Shown here piece after piece: positions 13,828 through 25,400 of a stretch of DNA of 64,000 nucleotides. A model generated the notes under the pieces. That model searched no databases. It was given only the letters and a program-made list of their open reading frames with translations, and was not told the DNA's origin. The position numbers were made by a program, and so were the translations under genes. Where the stretch lies: the NCBI GenBank assembly GCA_964035545.1, contig OZ037768.1, positions 2,698,741-2,762,740 on the forward strand, in the 5' to 3' direction. The stretch's first letter is position 1, and each line of letters opens with the position of its first letter. The stretch is from Bugula neritina. Lineage: Eukaryota > Animalia > Bryozoa.

Positions 13828-15099
13828 GGATGACTCTGTTTAACTGACCAGCCACTATTGACAGGGTCCCAGTGCGCACTGAATTGTGTAAACTGTCATT
13901 CATGCATATTTATTTTTCACAATTATGAACAAACTGTAACACGTAGCTCATCTTTATTTTAGGCTTTTCATGTTTTACTCGTAGTTTATGAAAGTTGTCT
14001 GTAGGTAGCTATTTATTCTGCACGCATGTGCTTGTACTGAAACAGAGTTTTACTTTACTGGAGTTGTCACACCATGACTGACTATATACTAATAGTATTA
14101 TTTTATAACTAAACGAACATTAGACGGCTCTATTCAGTTACTCTTAACAAACAATATTATCAACAATTAGTAAAGCACTAACTCGTGGCACCTTTTAGTA
14201 ACCTACCAAATAATTGGTTTAAGCTATTTTTAAATAGTCCTGGTATGAACTTTGATCAAATGTGTTTTATATGCATGTATTTAACTTGCTTTGGGTGCAA
14301 TGTTTCTTAGAGGAAAATTGTAGCATGGCTCTTTTGGCTTCTATTCAATTATGTAAAGTTTTGAAAAGGAATGTTCACTTGGTTAATCCATTAATCAATT
14401 TTATTCATCTTTAAGATTAATGTCTAATATATTATAGTAGTTTTATCAACACTTTATATCTATGCTGAATTTATATTAGGATTTTCTGGTCAATAAATCA
14501 GCAATTCTGTACAAACTCATCTTTAAAATTGATTTCACGGCTACTTTACTGGCCTCTTATCACAAAGGTGAGATACTGTAATGGTGGTTGTGTGCAATGC
14601 TAGAAACCTGCATATATTTGTGATGTTAGAATCCACCTTCATACCCATACTACTAATTTTGCATTGTTTCAGGGTGAAAGTTGTAAAGGCATGCAAATTA
14701 GTAGTATTGCAATAAAGTTTGAAATGTTTCAGCTTGCATACAGATGCACAAATTCATCAATATGAATAACTAAAGCTGACCTAATCTTGTAATATTGTGA
14801 AAGCACCTTACACTTGCAATTGTGACTTATAACTTATGCACAAAAGACTGACATTAAATGCACTTCAGCAAAATCGGTGAACTGTATAATAGCCAAGTAG
14901 CTTGAAAATATCAAATGTGTTTGCTCATGATTGCAGAGATATTCTTTGTAGGTCACTGGTATACTGTATTCACATGAACTGATGTACTAAATGCTATACT
15001 AGTCTTCTCCAAGCATGGAAATTGCAGCTTCTGCCAATAAAAGTTATATACGTACATATTCGAGAGCAAAATCTAAGACTAAGTTGGCATGTGTTACGC

Positions 15100-15500
15100 A
15101 AGCCAATTCTGAACACGGTTTGTAAACGCTTGTTTTGCAGAAACAGCATTGGCGCACGGTATATTCACGTGCAATGCCATGTTTACTAACAAATTAGTTT
15201 GAGGCCTTGAACGGTGCCGTACTTTAACCTTGATGTTAGATGTGATCAAGTCAAAACGTAAAATAAGCAAATGTTGTAATTTTTAACTTTTATCTTTTAA
15301 TTATTTTACAACAATAAGTCATTGTTCAAATTCTAAACAATTTTTTTAGTTAATTAGGTCAGGTAATAAGCAATCGTGTTTTCTCCTTAAAAGGCCTTTC
15401 TAAATGCACGATCGGTTCACGTGATACAAATGTTAAGGTTCATAGTTGAAACTTGACCAATAGAAGAATCATTTTCATCACGTGACATTGTTTACAATTT
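15100..15500 (+). promoter_or_regulatory. Putative TP53INP promoter with E-box/CLEAR-like and forkhead (FOXO-like) motifs
   Basis: CACGTG at 15166, TCACGTGA at 15417, TCACGTGAC at 15478 followed almost directly by TTGTTTAC at 15488; TGTTTAC at 15180; CCAAT near 15103 and 15457. Probable 5'UTR intron ends at the acceptor ttgcag at 15937. Confidence 0.5.
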
Positions 15501-15944
15501 GCCAGCTCAGTTAGCGATCAGCTGTTTCAGAAGTGGCTGCAAACACAGAAGATTGTGGATTGAAACTCAACAAAGGATCTGCATTAACTATTCCTTGTAG
15601 TTTATCAGCAACTAAGGTTTGAGCAGTGTAAAATTTATAGTATAGTATTTCTTCTTTCAATCTAGATAATATTTTTATTGCTTCTTGTGCAACAGTTCAA
15701 TCTGCAGCTGAAAATAACCATTGGTTAATTTTCAACATCTCATCAAGTTCAACTCTAAGTTCGAGTCCTAATTTTTGACTTCTTGCTGCTGGGAATATTG
15801 CTTGATTACTTTTATCAATATTACAACTTTTGTTTCAGTTTTATTTGCATAATACATTTGATCTTGTCAATATGAATATGACTAACTGAATATAGCCTGA
15901 GCGATGATCCATCAACTCTAACATTATCTGATTGCAGTGCAAGT

Positions 15945-18065
15945 ATGATCAGCAGCCTGACTAGTTTCTTGTTTGGTAATGGAGAGCATTCAGTGCCCAC
16001 TCCTGCCGAGTTATCATGTAGTCTCTATACAACACCAGTGGATGAAGAGTGGGTGCTAGTTGATAGAAGTAAGTATCTGGTAGTTACATGCAAGGTGCAC
16101 CATACTACTTTGTCTGTATTCCTTTTTATTCTATCAATAATCTTTGACAGCTAGACATGATTTTACAGTTATTTCAGCTTATATATTTCTTGTGTAATTC
16201 GGTGTGTTATATGCAACTCGAGATGTATGATTACTTGAAAATATTTTAGCTCCTCCTTTCAGTTTGATGTCTTCAATTTATGAAATTTCATGGGAAACTT
16301 GAATTGAATTCAAGATAATATACTAAATTAATTTTAAATCAAAGAACTGGAACACAATTCACTCTATGCTAAGAAGTCAAGCTCTCAATTTTGCACTGGT
16401 AAATTCATTTCCTGTATGGTTGCCAAGCAGCAAATGCCAACGTCTGCTCAGGTTTTAGTAACAACAATGCTATAAGTTTAAATCTTTTGTTAATTCTGAA
16501 ATTAGTAAATGCACACCTTTTCAACTAACGTACTTCTAAAGCAATATTGCATGCTACAGTTAGTTACATAATAATGAGGCAATAAATGCAAGCTTATAAA
16601 TACAATACCCTTGATCCAACCTGTATAGCCTGCCACTACCTACCCTGGTAATGTGCAGTACTAGAAATATTATTATAGTTACTTCTGTTGCTACTGTAAC
16701 TAGTATCTAATTAACTCCTATATAGGAAGGCCCACTTCATACTACATAGCTTTAATCTTCTGCTGGCATCCCATCACCCCAGAAAAGCTTATAAGTAAAA
16801 GTATGTAACTAGGCATTGCTAGGCAAGCCTCATTACTCATCTCCTATATCCTACCAGTATAGGCTGACCTAATCACTGCCCTGCCAATTCCAGTGCAAAT
16901 GTTGCCTCATATGTGGGCCTTGGCTATGTCATACTCTGTGTTAGGTACTGTATCACTTTGACAGTTTTAATCAATACTGATGCTACATGACATTGATTCT
17001 ACACAATAATTGTCAATGGTGAAATAGAATGACAGTTGAATGTCCACATATAGTGCAATGTTGTTGTTTGCTCCTATTGATATTGCAATGAAAAGGTGAT
17101 GCAGTGCGATATTGTGTGGTTTTCCTTATTTAGCTGTGGAAAAACATGCCTGTGAAATGCATTTCACGCATGATTTGAATTTCTTTCAATGGTGCAATAA
17201 ATTTGATCATCTGTAACTCAAATGGTAACAACAAATCGCTTTTCTAAATGATAGTATCATCTTACTATAGTAGGTAGTTTAATCCACCTTGTAGTTTAAT
17301 TGCCATAGTTGTTGTTTAGTGTTGAAGTTAAACAACATTGCATTGCAATCACGGCTGTAGCGATGGGTCAATGCCCTCAACTATAAACAAAATCAAACTC
17401 TTGAGACAGTAGATTGTACCACGTGACGCATTAATAGTGCACATCACGTGACATGTAGCTCCGCTCGTAGTTGATAACTGCACGTTTGGTTTTCTCAACT
17501 TATCTTGACTAGTAGTATTGAAATTATTTCCATTTTAGCTGAAATTAAAACTAAACCCATAACAGAGTGTGGTCAAAGCAATGTGGAAGAGGGTGAAGAT
17601 ACTGACAACAGTTCTTCTGGAATAAACACATCGCCAGTCTGTGGTCCCTCTAAGACTGCTGCTCTTTCCAGAGCTGAAAGTAGTTCTTCATTAGATAGCA
17701 ACTGGCAAATAACATTACCTTGTTTTAATGTAGGTATCGGTGTGACGACGGAGGTTGACCTAGCTGAGAACTTACTCATAGAGCATGCTAGTATGTCAGT
17801 CTATGAGAGTCTACCTTCAGCTTACTCCAACCCTGAAGGCGATAGTTCTAACGAGAGAGGAGTAGTAGCAGCTGGCAGACCCCCTCAGGCTGTCTGTCTA
17901 GGTAACAAACGCTACGACTTAAGAAAATTAGAATCTCGAAAGGCTAAGAAAAGCAAAAAAGTTGATACCAAACGAGCCTATAACCGCCGAAATCAAGTTA
18001 CGCACATTCAGCAACGTAACTGTCGTCGTCCTTCCCCCATCATGGTGTTCCAACCTCGCAAGTAA
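15945..18065 (+). CDS. TP53INP: TP53INP1/2 (DOR family) autophagy adaptor, 2 coding exons (15945-16068, 17539-18065)
   Basis: N-terminal MISSLTSFLFG, acidic LIR motif DEEWVLV, DOR-family signature ENLLIEHASMSVY, basic C-terminus ending RRNQ...QPRK. The phase-1 intron joins both ORF pieces in frame. Confidence 0.85.
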
Positions 18066-19412
18066 CTCAAAAGTTAAATTCTTTACTCACTGTGAGATCT
18101 TTGCTCCAGATTACTTTAATTTATGAATTTTTTAAAAAATGACTCATTTTATAAGTTATTCGTAAAACTTTATAATTTATGCATCGGCCCTTGAATATGT
18201 TTGAAATGGCTGATGAAAGGTGAAGGTTGCTGATAGAGTGTAAAGGTCATAACAGATATGAAATATATGGAGGAGTCCACTCAACATGATATTGCATAAA
18301 CTTCTATAGCAATTCTTCAACTTTCCAAAATAATATATAAAAAAATTATTTTTAGATATTCCTACTTATTGTTTTATGTAACAGTTTGTGAATTAATTTT
18401 TTGTTTAATTTTTTAGTAGCATTTTTAAAAATCTCATTCCATTACAAAGATCGTAGCTAATTTTCTCTTACTTTTTAAAACTCGTTTGGAATGTAGTTGT
18501 TTAGAATTACGCTTTTATCTGTCAGTATCTTCTTTCACCTAATTAGGACTGTCAACCATGCAGCTGAATGGCACTAAGTTGAATCAACTAGGCCTCATAT
18601 TATATATTAGAACTTTTCGTATCACTGCTAGATATTGTAGCCTGTTTTTAAAAACTTGATAATCTTGTACCTGTTTATGTGCTGCACCGTTTCAAGTTTT
18701 AAAATGAGAATTTGTGATCTAAACAGCTTTAAAATATCATTTAGAGCATAAAATTTTGTGTTCAAAGATTTTTGGATGCAATTAATGAAAAATAAAAAAA
18801 ATCGTAAAAGTACACCAACACTAGTAGTCTGATTACTATATAGTTGAATATATTTCAAAATAAATAAAAATTATAAAACCATAAATATATCAATATAACA
18901 TACATGTATATGAGATAAATAATAGTTGTTCAATTGAGCACACTGTCCACTGGTAAAGGAGGGCACAACTCTCAATATCAAGCCTTGGCACGGAATACAG
19001 CATCTTTCTTGATATTTCTTTTATTCTAAAAAGATAAAAGTAGCAGATAAATTTTTCTGTATCTCAAACATTGGTAACTAGAAGTTTAATATGCTAGGAT
19101 GAAAATCAACAGGGCTAAGGTTAATTGATGGAACTTCAAAAGTGTTTGTGGGCGCGGCCCTTACAAGCCACTCCCTCCCAAGGGTTGTTATCCAAACTAA
19201 ACACTGCAATTTTATGATATCCTTATTATTTTAGCATTAAATAACTAAAACAATAAAGGCTGCTTGTTGAACTGTGGGAAATTAGAAAATATTATAGAGG
19301 TAAAAGTAGCCTTACAGTATCAATTTGTACAGTTGTGGTGCATTGATGTAAGCTATGTATTGATCTACATTGTAATGCTACACATGACTACCAACTAGCT
19401 GCGAGTTTGCAC

Positions 19413-22400
19413 CTATTCTGCAGGCTTTTCTTCTGCAGCAGCGTCTGCAGGCTTCTGCGCTTCTTCTGCAGGCTTCTCTGCTCCTTCTTCTGCAGAAGCT
19501 GCTGGTTCTGTAGAAGCTGCTGGTTCTGCAGAAGGTGCTGTTTCTGCAGCAGCATCTCCTTCGGCAGCAGATTCCACTGCTGTCTCTTCTATAAATAGAA
19601 AGAATTGCATGGAATGTTTTAACTGTGTACTGATAAATATATCCAGGGACCAAATAACGTAATACGGCATAACTACACGCACTTTGCTTACATCATCAGC
19701 ATTGCAGCAGTCTATTTAAATATAGCTGCTATACACAACCTTTGCAGAACTGTAGGTGGTTAAAGCAACAAATTATAAAAGGGCGTGGCCTCTGCATTGC
19801 ATTGAGTGAAATTATACCCAAACAATCACTATGAGATTTTATATCAAAAGATGGTGCAATATCAGGTATTTCTGTGGTCAATTAATTCTTCTAAACAACT
19901 AATGAGTTCAAATAATAAAAACATGTTGTGAAATGGTGGGACGAACAACTTATGAATACCACAAATATGTCACCTTCTTCTTCGTCAGTATAGTATTCAG
20001 GTTCAGACTCTAAATATCAGCACAGGTTGTTCAATAGGGGTAAGGATTTATCTCAAAGGGTTAGAAACAAGATGCATTATTATCAGTACGTGCTGTACTC
20101 GAAATTACAAGCTGTGACAAACAATGCGAATGTAAGTAAATACAACAAGCACCTGCCAAGGTAAAGAGTGCTACATTAGCTTTAATGTAGTCCTTTGTTA
20201 ATAGTTACTATTAGTAGTTACTAGTAAAGTTTCACTAGCTAGTAGTTACTAGTAACTACTAGTTAGTAGTTAATAGTAGCAAGTAGTTAGTAGTTACTAG
20301 TGCTCTTAACACAAATGCCAAACCAGACATAAGAAATCTGAACTAGATGTAAATCTTCAACGCACCAAGTGCCAGTATATTATTATAACTAATGTTGCAT
20401 GCATCAGTTGTTTGACTCAACATTTGGGGTGAAATTAAGGAACTTTTAGCTTATATCACTTTAGTCAGATTAACCTAGCTGTAACCACATTGCATCATCC
20501 TCTCGCATTCTATTGGCTGTATCTACTTAAATTTACATCATGTATTAGTGCCTTTGTCAAAAACATCAGACCAATGCACCTGAACAAAATGTGTAGTTCA
20601 ATTTCTTTCATGCATTGAGCTGTAATATTTCTAATCCTATTTAGGGCTAAGAAATCGCTTAGCAACTGACCTATGTAGGGCTATTCACTGCTCTGGCCCA
20701 ATCAATACTGCATTAAGTTGTACAGTACAAAGTTCAATATGCTTAAGAACAGTACTCTGCAAGCGCTGCCTTCCAGGGGGCAGCTAGATCTGATGGTAGT
20801 GACTGCACAGAGTGAGTTATTGTAACTACGGTCATGTTACCTAAGGTTAGAGGGTAAGAAGAAAGAATAACTAATTAAATCCCTGGGGGCTTAGTGTGTA
20901 AAGTAGTGTTTTATCTTCAAATCAAAATCAATGAAACATGGCATAGTTAGTTAATGTGAGGGATTGTAGGATAGGGTGCTCGTCCATTTACTATGCTGCC
21001 TGTATACTGAATGATGCTTAGCTGCACTGGAAATAAGTGCGAGCTAGCTGCAGCAAGTACTTCTATGTTAGTGGGTGAATTTCCTGATCTCAGATGGTAG
21101 TACTGGCCGTGAAATTTGCTAGTAGTAGTCCTCAAGTAAAGGTGATAATACTGCAGAATTAATCATATTTACTCAAATAATACTTATAGAGAAAGTGTCC
21201 AAAGTGAAAACTGCAAGGATCCCCCACCCCCACCCCCACCCCCCCCCCCCTTTCCTTAGTAAAAACTATTTTAGCAACTAGAAATACTGTCACTAAAGTT
21301 TTAGTAGTAAAAGTGATCATAGTATGAGTGACTGTATAAGAGATCTGGGCAGGTATCAGAATATGTAATATTTTACTCTCAGTTCAAAGGAAAGATAACT
21401 CCTCATAAAATAACCTATGCTTAGTCATAAGCTGCTGTTGCCTTAGCAACGTGTAAACAAGTTGTGAGTTGAAAGAAACACAGACTGGGGTTAGACACTA
21501 AGTTAGGGGAGGGAAACGGTTAGCTCCACGACACTCTACTCGGACAACCAACAAACCTGAGGGCTTCTCAGCCTCAGCACTATCAGCCGCAGGTGCTGGG
21601 GAGGCTGCCTTTTCTTCTGCTGCTGCCGTTGCATCGCCTTCAGCTTGCTGCTCATCAGCAGCTGGCGAGGCCTCATTGGCCGGAGCATCAGCTGCTGCCG
21701 GCTCAGCTTCTGCACTTTCAGCTGCTGCCGGCTCAGCTTCTGCACTTTCAGCTGCTGCCGGCTCTGTAGCAGCAGCAGCTGGTGCATCAGTGGCTGGCTG
21801 TGACTCATCTGAGTCAGCGGGAGGAGAAGGTTCTAGAAGATTTTGTGAGCAAATAATAACTTACTGTAAGCCATTCACCACTAAGCTTACAAATAATAGC
21901 TCATTGTAAGCCAATCACCACTAAGCTTACAAATAATAACTTACTGTAAGCCAATCACCACATAACTTACAAATAATAACTTACTGTAAGCCAATCACCA
22001 GTAAGCTTACAAATAATAACTCACTGCAAGCCAATCACCAGTTAACTTACAAATTAAAATTAGTGAAATTATCAATACAGAACAACAGTCATAACAAATC
22101 AGTTTTCTAAAAAACTATTTATATCCATGAAACCCAATAAAATAACATAAAGGAATGAAGGCAGCACGAAGTCAACATGCTACACAAAAGGGTTGTCTTA
22201 CCCTGGGCAGATTCTTCTGCAATCGAAGGTTCGTCTGCAGGTTTGCTTTCTTCTGCCCCTGTCTGCTGATCGGCAGGAATATCTGCTACTTCCGTTTTAT
22301 CTTCAGAGTCTTTGGTGAATACAAAAATAAACAATTTTGATACAGAGAGCTGCAGTGTAGAGAGCAATGTATCTGGTGTAGAGAGCAATGTATCTCATGT

Positions 22401-25400
22401 AGAGAGCAATGTATCTTGTATATGCAGACTATATATCCAGCTCGTTGACAAAATACTTGGCAGACATATAGCAAGTGGAAGTAATATCCAAGACTATTAA
22501 GCATTACTATTTACTTCTGAATTAAAAGTACTAACTCTTCAGGATTATCAATTAAGCATAAGTTCTAGTTTTCAATGGAAAAACAGAATAATTATACTCT
22601 AGCACTAGAAATAACTTCTGCATCTGAAACTAAGTACATTGACTCTCACAAGTTCAGACCTTGTTTAGCAGGAACTTCCTTTGGTTCTTCAACCTCTACA
22701 CCTTCTTTTAGCACACTTGTTTCTATAAATAGCATATAATACACACTTTATTCTATAAATAGCATGTGACAAGCTTTATTGTTTCTATGAATAACATGCA
22801 TCATGCAGCTTCTTCCTAACAACTAATAATATGAAACACACTTGTATCTATAAACAACATTTAACCTAAAAAATGTAAATGTATTGTTTCAAATTAATGT
22901 TACTTTTTGTATTTTTTCCACATAATAAGATATTAATTTATTATTAAACTGTTAACACATTGATAATTTATTATCAATATAGTTGCAGTTGAACTTTTGA
23001 ACTTACAGCAAAAAGATCTGCACATGATGGGTAATTACTAAAATAATTATAATCTATAGCCTCTGTAAGAAATAGCCTTAGGCTATTAGCTACAAGCATA
23101 ACTCAAGAGAATTCTGATTGATAGGAATTTTGCCATGATTGCCTATTGACATGCATGCAGGCAATTAGGATTAGAGGTACGTGTGGGAGTTGTTCACACA
23201 CGCAAACTTATTTGTAAAGAAATTGTATGAGTTACGTCTATTAATTTTTTTGTAGCTTTAGAGCAGATACAAGAAGCATAAAGAATAAACAAAAAGGAAA
23301 ATTAGCCTGGGAAATAAACAACATATGCATGCCTAGAGCTACCAACAATCTGCATGGATCTAAAATGTATACAAACCTTCAGGTGAATCTAAAATTACAT
23401 AATTATACTGAGTCAAGTTTTTTTACCATTAGATGTTTCACATCTGCTAAATCATCATAACATTACGCAGTATAATATCTTGAGGGCTAATATATATATA
23501 AATAGCATGCTTGTATAACCTACTAACCTACTTTTATAGGAGGTTACTTTTACTATTGGCATGTTTTGCATATGCAATGCTTATATTAATAGAATGCATA
23601 GAACACAGATAAAACCTCAAACCGATAGTAAAAAGTTTTATGGGACATGAGCGAAAATTCCTACATCATTCTAAGGGCATGTAATGTGTATAGGTGAGTA
23701 ACGTGTAGGTATCTACAGGTAAGTAACATGTAGATATCTACAGGTAAGCTACATGTAGATATCTGCAAGTAAGTAGCATGTAGATGTCTACACTCTTTTA
23801 TAGGAATCCAACCTAGAGGTCTACACAATTTGTAGCACCATCTAAGTATAGCATGTTTATTGATTGCATGTTTATATATTGATGGCGCCTAATTTTGCTA
23901 TAATTCCCCTGTAGACCAACTGGTTATATAAAGTAATCATGTAACAGTGGTACACCTCCTTTGGGGTTTTACCTCCTATGGCTTTCACACTCATAGCTAT
24001 CACATGAACAGTATTATAATATATTCATGCGTAATGTAGCATAATTATGTAGAAGAAGCAGTACTGCGCTTATATTATCATAACTGCATTATATGTATAT
24101 GATGAATTATATACCAGAACACTTACGTCTGTCTAGTTTGCCATTTTGGCTAGTCTTCACATCCCCAAAGATCTCTCCAATGACAAGCTGGGCGTCCTCT
24201 GCTGTTGAGGGTCCGTGAACAGCGTTGGCCTTGACATCAGAGCCGAACTGAGCGCGAATGCTGAATTAGTAAACAGTAAATAACAAGTTAACTATTTATT
24301 ATACCAATTGATGAGTGAAGAAACTTAAATACTGTGCCAATAGCTACTGTGGAGCCCTTTTTATAGTTACTCAAATACAGTCAAGATATTAACAATGACT
24401 AATTATATATTGTGCTTTTTCTTAGAAAAATAAATTACCTTCGTTTGAGAATTAAGTGATGTATTTTGTGTGTTTGCTATTTTTACTTGATATAACAATA
24501 TAGATATAAAACAGGTTATAATAAAAATAAAATAATGTTATATAGGATAGCAATAGTCTATATAACCCTATAATAATATATTACTATATAATATTCATAA
24601 TATAAATCAATATGACTCACCTATGTGGTGCTTTCTCTTTGGCTTCATTAGGATCTGTAGGACCAATCACACCTCTCCAATTTTCTACAGCATCTTCCTT
24701 AGACAGCACCATAAATAGTGTCGGCCCGCTACAAGACCAAAAGGTGAGTCATATTTCTTTTAATAACATTCATTATTCAATGACCGGTATGAATAAATAA
24801 GCTACAGGCTATAATTTATATGAAAGAGCTGGTAAAGAAGTTGTATTAAAGTTGCAGATTCTAGAATATTCTATTTATAGAAGAATGGCTATAAATGTTA
24901 CCAGATGTATAAAATGCAGTACAAAACATAAGACTATAACGAGAGAAGACAGGTTAATATATTATAATTAAATATACTATTTATTTCATCAAGGGTTATC
25001 TCACCTTGTCATATGCTCAATAAGGTCATTATAGTATTCCTTATCAGCATTCTGTTTGTAGAGCATCTCAGCAATGTCTTTAGTGAGAGTTGTCTCCTTT
25101 CTAGCCGCCACGTGGAATCCAGCTTCTTTGATTTTATCCAGAATGACATCTAGAAGTTTTGCAACATTGTTTTTATATAACATGACATGATATCTGAACA
25201 AACTTGGCATACTTAATTTTAAAAAAAAATGTTAATATGTTTATATACATAATAATAACGTATAAGTAAATCAACCAGTAATAATCTGCTTAACAAAAAG
25301 TTACCGAAAGTTTATATTACATCTGCAAGAAGAGAAAATGCTGCACAAATCAAAAAGTTCAAAAGAAGGAAATCACAAATATTTCTGAGAAATAGTTAGA

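Noticed and set aside
20765-20785. CTCF-like motif / small hairpin GCTGCCTTCCAGGGGGCAGC
   Set aside because: Only a partial consensus match in a single instance; cannot be supported from sequence alone.
23956-23975. Possible 20-nt exon in the NME8 tail region
   Set aside because: Not a multiple of three and the donor is weak; it would break the phase-1 series.
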